Shown here one piece after another: positions 7,679 through 18,100 of a stretch of 35,170 bases of DNA. How positions within the stretch are numbered: the first letter of the stretch is position 1; each line of letters starts with the position of its first letter. This DNA comes from Chlamydiota bacterium. Lineage in GTDB: Bacteria; Chlamydiota; Chlamydiia; Chlamydiales; RGXB01. The position numbers were made by a program, and so were the translations under genes. The stretch spans positions 1-35,170 of the forward strand of contig CANLTW010000014.1 of NCBI GenBank assembly GCA_947494155.1, given 5' to 3'. Under the pieces are notes generated by a model. That model made no database searches, was not told where the DNA came from, and saw nothing but the letters and a program-made list of their open reading frames with translations.

Positions 7679-8848
7679 TCAATCTTTGAGCAGTTCTTCA
7701 GCTATTGTATCTAAAGTTTCCTTGTTTTGATGTAAAAATAACTTCGCATATTCAAGAACGTTATCAAAATTTTGGTCTGAAAAATCAAAAGGATAGACGT
7801 TCATCCAATCCATATTTTGGTTTATACCAATCTCTGTTAATTGATCAAATCTATAAACATCCTTTAGAGATTGCATAAATTCGCGAATTAACTGATTTTC
7901 TGCAGTATGGATCAGAGGGGGGGTTATGCCTCCGGCTTCAATAGAACCAGAGTAAAACGGAAAATCTACTCTATCCGGTGTTTGTTTTGGATGCATTACA
8001 ATATAAGTAATTAAAAATTTTTTTCCTGGATACATTTTCTGAAGGTCAATAATACTTGATACCACAGGATTAATGACGACAATCCCTGCATCTCCAATAA
8101 ATTCAGGGTTTTTTAATGGATTTAAGAGAATTTTATTTGGAGGAATTATACCAAAAAAAGCAGTCGTTCCACCTAAAAGCTGATAAAGGAGCGGATTAGC
8201 CAATTTTAGATCAGCTCCTCTGTTGTGAAAAGCTGTAAGCGTAGTTGTACTGAAATTATATCCATAAAGCACAAGGTGATTAAGCGCTTTACTGAATGGG
8301 ATGTTTCCGCATGTCGATTTTAGCAACTGAATGAATTTTTGGTTATTAACTATAGCAGACAAAAGGCCGTATCCGGATAAAAACTTTTGTTTAAAACTGG
8401 GTTCCAATGATTTTACAGCTATAGGTAATAGAGTTACTAAATCCTCTGCCGTAAATTTTGGTTTAATCTCCCCAGGAATAGACAGAAGACTCGTAATCAC
8501 GGAACCAATTGAAGTCCCTCCCAGAACATCATAAAGTTCAGATATAGGTTTGCCAGTTTTTTTTTCCAAATATTCCAAAAGTACAACAGGGTATACCCCT
8601 TTTATCCCACCCCCCTCAATAATAAGAACCTTAATCCTTTCTTGTTTGAGATTTACCTCTGGGTTTGGTTCATTCATCAAAGGTTTTAAAACATCAAGCG
8701 CTATTTTCTCTTCATCTTTATAAAAGTTTTCGTATGAAGCTATCTCTTTAATCTTATAGATATGATTTGCGAGAAAATAAGATCCAATCATTAGTCCGAT
8801 AAATAAAAGAATAAACACCTTTATTTTTAAAAACTGGTAAATACCCAT
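7679..8848 (-). CDS. Patatin-like phospholipase with N-terminal membrane anchor (copy 2)
   Basis: EGGGIKG, GTSIG and GDAG motifs; hydrophobic N-terminal segment. Confidence 0.9.
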   Translation of the reverse strand: MGIYQFLKIKVFILLFIGLMIGSYFLANHIYKIKEIASYENFYKDEEKIALDVLKPLMNEPNPEVNLKQERIKVLIIEGGGIKGVYPVVLLEYLEKKTGKPISELYDVLGGTSIGSVITSLLSIPGEIKPKFTAEDLVTLLPIAVKSLEPSFKQKFLSGYGLLSAIVNNQKFIQLLKSTCGNIPFSKALNHLVLYGYNFSTTTLTAFHNRGADLKLANPLLYQLLGGTTAFFGIIPPNKILLNPLKNPEFIGDAGIVVINPVVSSIIDLQKMYPGKKFLITYIVMHPKQTPDRVDFPFYSGSIEAGGITPPLIHTAENQLIREFMQSLKDVYRFDQLTEIGINQNMDWMNVYPFDFSDQNFDNVLEYAKLFLHQNKETLDTIAEELLKD

Positions 8849-9027
8849 TTCGCCTTCATTTGGTTAGGTTACTTTTTTCAGAGCAATCCTTTTTATTGAA
8901 TCTAACCTACAAGTTTTAACACACCAGAAAGGTAATACCCGGGTAGAGACATAAAAATGAGCTCTGATATACATCCAATAAATTATGTAAAGAAAAATAG
9001 CAAAGAAAACTTTAAAAAGAAACGTGA

Positions 9028-10200
9028 TCAATCTTTGAGCAGTTCATCCACAATAGAATCCAAAGCGTCTTTATTTTCATGTAAGATGAGCTTGGAGAAA
9101 TCATCAATTTTTGTTATGTTTTTTTCTGAATAATCAAAACTGTGGATATTGCTCCACTCGATATTTTGTTCTAAACCGATTTCTAACAGCAAATCAAACT
9201 TATAGACACTAGCTAAGGACTTCATGTATTCCCTTACCAGCTGATTTTGAGCCGTTTTTATAAGCGGTATAAACAACCCTTCAGCTTTTATCCAACCAGA
9301 GTAGAAGGGGAAATTTATTGTATCCGGCATTTCTTTTGGTGCAATAACAATGTAATTTATCAAAAACTTTTTATTTGGATACATTTTCACTAGCTCAATC
9401 ATCAAAGGTCCAAGGGGATTATTGAGTACGAGCGCAGCGTCACCGATAAATTGAGGAGAATAGAGAGGGCTTAAAAGAATTTTATTTGGTGGAGATACTC
9501 CAAAAAAAGAGGTTGCCCCACCAACAAGTTGATAAAGTAGCGGATCGGCGGCTTCTAGTTTATTTCCCCTGCTATGAAATGCATCGATTGTTGTAGTGCT
9601 AAAGTTGTATCCAAATAGCACCAAATGATTGAGTGTTTTGCTTAACGGGGTATCCCCATAATACGATTGGAGTGACTTGATAAACTTTTGATTGTTTATT
9701 TTTGGAGAGAAAAGGCCGTAACCACTTAAAAAATTTTGCTTCCAATCGGGTTGTAGGGTTTTTTGAGCAAGATTTGGAAAAATAGTAACAAGATCTTCTG
9801 CGGAGTATTTTGGTTTACCTTTTTCTCCAAGAGATAAAAGACTTACTATCATAGAACCAATCGAAGTTCCCCCCATCACATCGTAGAGCTCGGAAATTGG
9901 TTTGCCTGTTTTCTTTTCTAGGTAATCAAGAACTCTGAGCGCGTAAAGACCTTTTGCCCCTCCCCCCTCGATAACTAAAACTTTTATCCTCTCCTGGTTC
10001 AGGTTTACCTCTGGATTAGGTTCACTCCAAAGGGGTTTCAAAATATCAAGCGCTATTTTTTCTTCGTTTTTGTAAAAGGTTTCAAAAGAGGATATTTCTT
10101 TGTTTTGATAGATTCGGTGCAATAAAACATAAGAACCAATAACAAGCCCTATAAAGAGAAGAACTAAAATTTTTACTTTAAAAAACTGATAAATGGTCAT
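9028..10200 (-). CDS. Patatin-like phospholipase with N-terminal membrane anchor (copy 3)
   Basis: EGGGAKG, GTSIG and GDAA motifs. Confidence 0.9.
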   Translation of the reverse strand: MTIYQFFKVKILVLLFIGLVIGSYVLLHRIYQNKEISSFETFYKNEEKIALDILKPLWSEPNPEVNLNQERIKVLVIEGGGAKGLYALRVLDYLEKKTGKPISELYDVMGGTSIGSMIVSLLSLGEKGKPKYSAEDLVTIFPNLAQKTLQPDWKQNFLSGYGLFSPKINNQKFIKSLQSYYGDTPLSKTLNHLVLFGYNFSTTTIDAFHSRGNKLEAADPLLYQLVGGATSFFGVSPPNKILLSPLYSPQFIGDAALVLNNPLGPLMIELVKMYPNKKFLINYIVIAPKEMPDTINFPFYSGWIKAEGLFIPLIKTAQNQLVREYMKSLASVYKFDLLLEIGLEQNIEWSNIHSFDYSEKNITKIDDFSKLILHENKDALDSIVDELLKD

Positions 10201-10316
10201 AATTTTTTCGCCCTAATAGGTATAAGTTCGCAGATCATAGGTTATTAAATAGCTCATATTTACTGGTAAAACAGATAAAATTTAAACTGTCAAATCAAAA
10301 TTTTCAAACTTCAAAA

Positions 10317-11489
10317 TCACTGTTTAAGCAGCTCAATAGCTAGTGAGTCCAAAGCTTCTTTATTTTCACGTAAAATAAGCTTAGAGAAATCGTCAATTTT
10401 CTCTATGTTTTTTTCTGAAAAATCAAAAGAATTGATCTCCCGCCACTCCATATTTTGTTTTAAACCGATTTCAAATAATAAATCAAACTTGTAGACACTG
10501 GATAAACTTTGCATGGACTTTCGAATCAGCTGATTTTGTGCTACTCCTGTAAGGGATCCATACATTCTCTCAGCTTTAAGTTTGCCTAAATTGAAGGGAA
10601 AATTGACAGTATCTGGATATTGTTTAGTTTCCATAACAATATAGGTAACCAAAAACTTTTTATCCGGATACATTTTTAAAAGATCAATCATTACTGTTTC
10701 AACAGGATTATTGAGAACCAAAGCAGCATCTCCAATAAACTGGGGCGAATAGAGAGGACTTAGCAAAACTTTATTCGGAGGAAAAAGGCCAAAAAAAGAG
10801 ATCGTCCCTCCAATAAGCTGATAGAGAAGCGGATCGGCTGTTTCTAAACTATTTCCTCGGCTGTGGAATGCCTGAATTTTTGATGTGCTAAAGTTTAAAC
10901 CATAAAGAACTAAATGATTGAGTGTTTTGCTCGTAGGGATATCCCCATAGATGGATCGGAGTAAGTCGATATATTCTTGGGTGTTAATCAATGGTGAAAA
11001 AAGGCCAAAACCAGATAAGAGTACTTGTTTCCAAGAAGGATATAAAGCTTTCTGAGCGAGTTTTGGAAAAATTTTAATAAAATATTCTGCTGAGTATTTT
11101 GGTTTGCCTTTTTCCTCAGTAGATAGAGCGCTTACTATAAAAGAACCAATCGAAGTTCCCCCCATGACATCATAAAGCTCAGATATTGGTTTACCTGTTT
11201 TTTTTTCTAAATAATCAAGAATTCTTACAGCGTATAAACCTTTTGCTGCTCCCCCTTCAATAACTAAAACATTTATCCTTTCCTTATTGAGATTTACCTC
11301 CGGATTGGGTTCATGCCAAATGGGTTTTAAAACATCGAGCGCTATTTTCTCTTCATTTTTGTAAAAGTTTTCGTAAGAGGCTATTTCTTTACTCTTAAAA
11401 ATCTGATGGGCTAGTGTAAAGCAACCGGCCAATGCACCTATTAAAACTAGTAAAAAAATATAGACTTTGAAAGTTTTGCGAATTTCCAT
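10317..11489 (-). CDS. Patatin-like phospholipase with N-terminal membrane anchor (copy 4)
   Basis: EGGAAKG (one oxyanion-loop Gly replaced), GTSIG and GDAA motifs; ATG 11489 preferred over TTG 11513 by paralog length. Confidence 0.9.
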   Translation of the reverse strand: MEIRKTFKVYIFLLVLIGALAGCFTLAHQIFKSKEIASYENFYKNEEKIALDVLKPIWHEPNPEVNLNKERINVLVIEGGAAKGLYAVRILDYLEKKTGKPISELYDVMGGTSIGSFIVSALSTEEKGKPKYSAEYFIKIFPKLAQKALYPSWKQVLLSGFGLFSPLINTQEYIDLLRSIYGDIPTSKTLNHLVLYGLNFSTSKIQAFHSRGNSLETADPLLYQLIGGTISFFGLFPPNKVLLSPLYSPQFIGDAALVLNNPVETVMIDLLKMYPDKKFLVTYIVMETKQYPDTVNFPFNLGKLKAERMYGSLTGVAQNQLIRKSMQSLSSVYKFDLLFEIGLKQNMEWREINSFDFSEKNIEKIDDFSKLILRENKEALDSLAIELLKQ

Positions 11490-11544
11490 CAAAAAATTTA
11501 CCTTTTTTTGCAAAACATGCTAACTAATCGCTTAAAGGTGATCA

Positions 11545-12711
11545 TTAGTCTTTCAAAAGCTCCGACGCTACAGCATCCAAAGCCTCTTTGTTCACATTAA
11601 GGATATGTCTTGCAAATTTGTCAATTTTTTTAAGATTTCTCTCTGAGAAATCAAGAGAGTCGATATTGCTCCATTCGTTATTTTGGTTGATTCCTACTTC
11701 AAGAAGGTTGTCAAACTTATAGATAGTTGTTTTTGATAAAATATCTATCCAATGACGAATCAACTGATTTCTTGCCTCACCTATGAACGTTCGAAGGTAT
11801 TTAAGAGCTATGGCACTCCCTTCAAAATAATTGAAATCGGTAGTGTATTCCAGCTCTTTAGGACTTAGGGTGATATGGGTAATTAAAAGCTTTTTATTTG
11901 GATAGATTTTTGAGACCTCCAAAATAATCGCAAAAAGGGGGCTATTAAGTACAAGCGCGGCATCGCCAACAAATTGTGGATTATGCTCATAATTAAAAAT
12001 CAATCTATTTGGCGGAGCGAAACCCCAAGGGGAGGTGGTCCCTCCAATAAGCTGATAAAGGAGCGGATCTGCGTAATTTAGAGGCGATCCCCTGTTATCA
12101 AAAGCGATTAATTGATTAGAATTGTAGTTAAAGCCGTAAAGGATTAAATGATTCAAAGTTTCGCTTAGACGGATATGACCGTAGACCTCTTCGAGCTTTT
12201 GGATATATTTCTGGTTATTCAATATGGGGGATAAAATACCAAAACCGGTCAAAATTTTTCGACCTAAGCTTGGATCTAATGTGGTGTGTGCTACTTTAGA
12301 AAAAACATCCAGGATTTCCCTTGCTGTGAACTTAGGTTTTCCATCTTGGGGAGTGGATAAAAGGCTAACCAGTAATGACCCGATCGAGGTTCCCCCCATG
12401 ACATCATAAAGTTCTGAAATGGGTTTACCTGTCTTTTTTTCTAAATAATTAAGAATTCTTAGAGCATAAAGTCCTTTAGCCCCTCCCCCCTCTACAACCA
12501 AAACCTTAATTCTTTCCTGTTTCAAATTTGGCTCAATAGTGTTTGAAACAAAAGTGGAGCCGATGATTTCTCGTGCGGTTTTTTCCTCTTTTTGATAGAA
12601 AACCTCATAAGATTCTATTTCGCGCTTCTTAAAAAAAAAGTGCGCTATAGCGTAGGTTCCCAAAATAAACACTAATGTAAGAGAAGTTATTATTGTCTTG
12701 ATCCATTTCAT
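11545..12711 (-). CDS. Patatin-like phospholipase with N-terminal membrane anchor (copy 5)
   Basis: EGGGAKG, GTSIG and GDAA motifs. Confidence 0.9.
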   Translation of the reverse strand: MKWIKTIITSLTLVFILGTYAIAHFFFKKREIESYEVFYQKEEKTAREIIGSTFVSNTIEPNLKQERIKVLVVEGGGAKGLYALRILNYLEKKTGKPISELYDVMGGTSIGSLLVSLLSTPQDGKPKFTAREILDVFSKVAHTTLDPSLGRKILTGFGILSPILNNQKYIQKLEEVYGHIRLSETLNHLILYGFNYNSNQLIAFDNRGSPLNYADPLLYQLIGGTTSPWGFAPPNRLIFNYEHNPQFVGDAALVLNSPLFAIILEVSKIYPNKKLLITHITLSPKELEYTTDFNYFEGSAIALKYLRTFIGEARNQLIRHWIDILSKTTIYKFDNLLEVGINQNNEWSNIDSLDFSERNLKKIDKFARHILNVNKEALDAVASELLKD

Positions 12712-12905
12712 AAACTTATAAAATTAAAAAAAATGCAATATGTCAATAAAAAATTGGGATATTTTTGTTTGAACCACCCCCTTTTTTCTCAATAAAAAGA
12801 ATCCTGTAATGTTCAAGACGACTTGAGGGAGCGTTTAAGCGCAATTCTAGTCAAAAATTTTGAAAAGGTTTATACTTTTTTGAAAATAGATTAATCGGTA
12901 TATTC

Positions 12906-13646
12906 ATGAAACTTTTTTTCAAACCTGTTTTTTGGGGATGTTTGTCCACTTTTGTTTTTCCAGTTTGGGGTGTTTTGAGCGGAAATTATGAGGAACAGGT
13001 AGAAAAAGGGGGAACAGTTTATATCGGTGTCCTGGGTGGGCCTGCCGCTTTTGACGGAAGATATACTGCTCAGCAAGGTGTGAATACAGTAGCATTTGAT
13101 GCCGGAAGCACCTCGGGAATCATAGGGGGAAGTTTGGGAGTCGATGCCCGATTTGGGGTGGGGTACGCTGCGATCGAAGGGAATATAGCCTATGACACCT
13201 TAGATCAAATGATAGGATTACTGACAAGTTCGATCGGTATTCCGAATCACGTAATCAAGGCTAAAAACTCTCTCATAGGAGGGGCTTTGGTGAAACTAGG
13301 TTTTTTTGCTGACGAAGCTGCAATTTACGGCTTGGCAGGCTTTTCGGCAGGCCGCTGGACTTTAGGTCTAGAAAACGATTCTGCTCTCTCCTATTCAAGG
13401 GGGATCCAACCGCAATCCAGCCTTTATTTTAATCAGATTCACGCAGGGCCAAAAGTGGGTGCTGGCGCCCGTTTCCCTATCCAATGGGATTGGTTGATTT
13501 TTGATATGCAGTACTCCTACAACTGGTATGGGGATCTTACGGTGAATTTGCGCGATTTAGGGACTGATACCGTATGGTCTCATACGCTGCGCAATAACCA
13601 GCACATGTTCCTGTTTTCTTTAAACTTTGCCTTTTGGGATTTTTGA
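12906..13646 (+). CDS. Outer membrane beta-barrel protein (probably small, 8-stranded OMP_b-brl type)
   Basis: N-terminal signal peptide, Gly/aromatic amphipathic strands (VYIGVLGG, AIYGLAGFS, PKVGAGARF), terminal Phe. Confidence 0.75.
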   Translation: MKLFFKPVFWGCLSTFVFPVWGVLSGNYEEQVEKGGTVYIGVLGGPAAFDGRYTAQQGVNTVAFDAGSTSGIIGGSLGVDARFGVGYAAIEGNIAYDTLDQMIGLLTSSIGIPNHVIKAKNSLIGGALVKLGFFADEAAIYGLAGFSAGRWTLGLENDSALSYSRGIQPQSSLYFNQIHAGPKVGAGARFPIQWDWLIFDMQYSYNWYGDLTVNLRDLGTDTVWSHTLRNNQHMFLFSLNFAFWDF

Positions 13647-13894
13647 GGATACCTACAAAAGTCGTCAGCATCTTTTTTAGGCCTCTGTATCCTATTTTTT
13701 TAGCAAACAGCTGTGGTTTACAAGAAAATGCTTTTGGCTACCATCCTGACTGGATCCTAGGGCATAGCATTTATCAGTTGCTTTCTGTCTTTGATTTTTT
13801 TAGATTACAAAAAAACAATTCGCCTTTGTAAAAAAAAATTTTACATTACTACAGGCGTTGAATTTCTTTATAACTTAATGAAAAGGAGAGTGTT

Positions 13895-15088
13895 ATGAAA
13901 GAGAATGAACCCCATGGATCCTTTCTCTTTAGCTCTAGAACTGACCATTTCGTTTTGCCCACACAATGGGCAAGCATGAGAATTGCGAAGGAAAAAGAAA
14001 AACGCACCGGAAAACGAATTATACATTTTGAGAAGGGAGACTATCAAGGGCCAGATTTTGATACTCCCGAACACCTACTAAAAGAAACAATAAAAGCAAT
14101 TAAAGACGGTTGTGTCAGATATAATCCAGGTTCCGGAATCGATGAACTAAGACAAGCTATTGCAGACAAATATACAAAAGAAAGAAACAGACCTACCACC
14201 CCCGAAGAAGTTATTATAACAGCAGGTGCTAAACACTCACTGACTATGAATCTTCTTGCCTTTCTTGATGATGGAGATGAGGTAATATTTCCGAATCCAG
14301 GGTATCCACCTGATGAGGTATGGGCAAAATTTTCTAAAGCAGTCATAAAACACGCCCCATTAACAAAGGGTGATTGGCAATTAGATATAAAAAAACTAGA
14401 GCAACTCATCACACCAAGAACAAAATTGATCATAATCAACACTCCTCAACGACCTAATGGACAATTGGTCAACAATCTTGAAGAAATTGCTGAAATGCTA
14501 AAGAAACATCCGCATGTTATGGTTATCTCAGATGAAATATTTTCTGAAATTACCTATGGTAAGCCACATAAGAGTATTTCAATGTTTCCAGGAATGCGGG
14601 AGAGAACAATAATTATTGATACCTTTTCTAAAACCTGGGCAATGACCGGCTGGCGAATTGGGTGGACTGTAGCACCAGCTCCCGTGATTGAGAAGCTAAA
14701 TATTTTTCTTCAAGACTCTATCACAAATGTTGCGGAATTTATACAAAAAGCAGCTTATGCGGCCTTGACAGGTCCCCAAGACTGGGTGCTTCATAAAAAA
14801 GAGCTTTTACTCAAGAAAAGAAATATGATGGTAAAAGGTTTAAACCAAATTAAAGGGGTAAAATGTGACTACCCCGATGGAACATTTTATGTACTAGCCG
14901 ATATCACAGGCACAGGCTTAAACTCACAAGAATTTACCGACAGACTCTTAGAGAGAGCAAACGTGGCTGTTGTTGCAGGTACTGCGTTTGGAACAGAAGG
15001 TGAAGGATATGTTCGAATTACCTTCGCCTGTCCTGATGAAGACATTAAAGAGGGTCTCGATAGGATGAAGGCGGTTGATTTATCTTGA
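13895..15088 (+). CDS. PLP-dependent class I/II aminotransferase (AspB/AAT-like fold) with atypical active-site residues
   Basis: FSKTWAMTGWRIG (PLP Lys), TAGAKHSL, SDEIF, GTFY, GYVRITFA; RBS AAGGAG. Confidence 0.9.
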   Translation: MKENEPHGSFLFSSRTDHFVLPTQWASMRIAKEKEKRTGKRIIHFEKGDYQGPDFDTPEHLLKETIKAIKDGCVRYNPGSGIDELRQAIADKYTKERNRPTTPEEVIITAGAKHSLTMNLLAFLDDGDEVIFPNPGYPPDEVWAKFSKAVIKHAPLTKGDWQLDIKKLEQLITPRTKLIIINTPQRPNGQLVNNLEEIAEMLKKHPHVMVISDEIFSEITYGKPHKSISMFPGMRERTIIIDTFSKTWAMTGWRIGWTVAPAPVIEKLNIFLQDSITNVAEFIQKAAYAALTGPQDWVLHKKELLLKKRNMMVKGLNQIKGVKCDYPDGTFYVLADITGTGLNSQEFTDRLLERANVAVVAGTAFGTEGEGYVRITFACPDEDIKEGLDRMKAVDLS

Positions 15089-15121
15089 GAACCATCGACT
15101 TGGCTCACCAAAATAGAGGAT

Positions 15122-15148
15122 GCATCTAAAAATGGAATGGATGCTTTT
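15122..15148 (+). terminator. Possible intrinsic terminator between the convergent aminotransferase and Rhs genes
   Basis: GCATCTA-N9-TGGATGC followed by TTTT. Confidence 0.4.
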
Positions 15149-15175
15149 GACGGTATCTCCCTTTATGTGAATGTT

Positions 15176-18100
15176 TTAGGCCGCCTTATCATACCCTTGA
15201 GCAAGTTGGAGTGCCCACTGGTACGATTCCCCTTTAAAGAAATGATCAATGGTGCTTTTTGAACGTAAAAAAACAATGTTATAACAGTGTCCGGAGCGAC
15301 TATTTTGGATTTCATGGACCGGAACTGTGATCCCTTTAATAGGCTGAGTAAAAGAGATCGTGGTTTTTTCCCGGCTGTGGTTCATCAGTATATGCATGTT
15401 GGCTCCCATACTAACCGCATCCTTGTCTGATACGAAGTTGATCACCTTTCCCCCAAAACATTTAGGGATGAGTTCTGCTGCACCAAAAGTGTGGACAATC
15501 AGTCGCTCTTTTTTTTCCTCCGGAAACTGTTCTAAGGCAAGGGCGGTATTCAGAGCCCCCTCGCTATGAGCCCAAATGCGCAGATTTCTAGCCGGATCTT
15601 CTAGTATGTTATGGGCTATTTTCTCTAGTAGATGCACCACATCCCCCTTAGCCCTTGAAATCTTGTTTTTTGCAGCTCGGTATACATCATGAAATAAAGA
15701 GATAGAGGTATTATAGACTAAAAAAACCTCTTTTTGGAGATGATTGGCCACCGTTTTAGCCGACTCTTTGGCTTCTAAAAGGGAATTTCCGACCCCATTC
15801 GTAAATAGATCGTAGGTTTGGCCATTGATTGGAGGGATGAAAAACCCATCGGGAAAGATTCTATGCACTAAAGGGTGCCACCCGTCTTGAAAAAGAGGCG
15901 CCGTGAGTTTTTTTTCATAGGGCGCTTTTTGGTTTTCTCGAAAAGCTTTTTGGGCTCTTTTATCAATGTTGGTCCGCCCTTTTTCTAAGAGTTGCCAAAA
16001 GGTTTTGGCGAGATAAGAGCCCGTGGCATATAGAGTTTTTGAAAATTCCTCAAGAGGGAATAAAACCTCCCCATTGGAATGACTTAAAAGACTATCCCAA
16101 GTAAGCTGTTTTCCCTCATAGAGATGATTTAAAAAGCTTTGGATTAACCCTGATAGATCTACATCGATTGAGTCGATAGGCGCCATGCCGGAGGGGTCTA
16201 TGAACTTTAAAGGGTTATTGTTGCAAAAGCGATGTCCATAGTGCCCAAATGTTTCCCCAAGGGGGTCTTTTGAAATAAATTGATGCATGTTTGGATCGTA
16301 ATAACGCATACCAAATACAAAAAGATCCGCTTCGGGGATATACCTTGCCTGTTTGTAAGACCAGGGGGATTGAATATTTTGAATTACTGCAGTTTTTTTT
16401 CCAAATGGGGAAAAACGGGAAAAGTGCTCCCATTTACCGCTTTTAGGATTAAAAAGTCCTACAAGGTTTTGAAAAATATCATGGCAAGACACGCAAAAGT
16501 TGTCGGTACTCTCTACCATGAGGGTATAGGCTCCTTTTTGTCCGTTTTGAGGGTAAAGTGTTCTAAACTCCAAAAGCTCTTTATTTTCTTTTCGGATAGC
16601 CCCCACCTCCTGTAGATTTTGGTAAAGGTAATCGATTGTCTCCTCTTTTCCCTTTGTAAGGATTTTTTTCTGGATCAGCCGATGCTTGAAATCATAGGAA
16701 AAAACGATTTTTTCCCCTTTAGAATCGATCTCAACTAAACGATCTAGGGCATCATAGTGAAACTCTTTAGAGCCCTGTTGGTCTTTTTGAAAAAAAAGAT
16801 TCCCTTGAGGATCGTAGTTAAAAAAGGAACCGTTACCATTTCTTATTTGGAATTTTGAGTCACTGTAGACTTTTGATTCCCCAAAAAACTCAGGCACTCC
16901 AGCCCCGTTATAAAGTATGTCGAGGGGTTCATCAGAAAATTTTTCAAGTTCATCGATACTATTGTAACTGTAGTACTGGGTATAGGTTTTAAACGGATCG
17001 ATACACCCCCTTTTTAAAGCAGACCCAAAACAGTTCTTTTTTTCGATCCTGTCGCTTCCACTGAAATCGACCTTTTTTTGGAGTCTACCATCAAGATCAT
17101 AAAAAAACTGCACAGCCCCAAGACCGAAAGGGAGTTCTATTTTTTTTAATGCATCCCCACCCTGTGTTTTATCAAAAAAAAACTCTATTTGCCCGTTTTT
17201 CGGTGTTTCTCGGGTAAGGGATTTAACCCCAAAAGAGCCTGAGGTAAAATAAAGGGAGCCAGCATCCAAAAAATGAAAAGCGCTAATTTCCAGGTTGGAG
17301 TCATACTCAATTCGTGTTAATTGCCCGGTTTCTAGCTCTTCAGCCACTACGAGGCCGATGGCATTATAAGTATAAAGAGTCGATTGCCCCGTGAGAAAAT
17401 TTCTTACTTCCGTAAGGTTTTCCATACCATCATAAAAGTACCTGTAGTCGACTGACCCATCAGAGGAAAAAACCCTCTCAATCTCGTCAAAATCGGTATA
17501 AGTAGTAAAAATAGTGGTGCCCGAGGGTTTTTTAAACGAGCTTACTCTCCCTCTTACATCGTAGGTATATTGGAAAATTTGGGGTTTGAGCGACTTGGCA
17601 TCGACCACCTTTTCTAAAAGTTTTGAGGTGCTGTCGTAGGTATATGTCAGCACCTGACTTTTTTCCCCCTCTAACGTTTGGTATATGAGCTCCTGTTCTA
17701 CAAGGTTCCCCTTAAGGTCTTTTTTGTAGTTCTCTTTTTTTATCAGTGTACCACTTGGATCATACAGACAAAAGGAGACAAGTTCATGGAAAGGGTCGAT
17801 GAAGTGGACCTCTTTGGTTTGGTTAGGAAGAATTTTGGTCCTTTTTTCTAATTTTATCCCATCAAGGGAGAGGCAATCCTCGTAAAGAAAAAGGGTCTTA
17901 TTCCCCAAAGGATCAATAAAAGCGGTCTGTCTCCCCCAAATATCAAACTCCTTTTTTGTACTTGACCACTTTCCATCTATCAAAAAGCTTACCTCGGCTA
18001 AGTCTCCTAAAGAATCATAAGAATGTTTTTTGTAGCTGAAAATGCGTTGCGCTTGATCCTCAATACGCTCCTCAAGCAAACGGTTTTTTTTATCAAAACT

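Noticed and set aside
5542..12711. CBASS CapV-type anti-phage phospholipase system
   Set aside because: No CD-NTase or Cap2/Cap3 gene in the window, and all copies have N-terminal membrane anchors unlike soluble CapV
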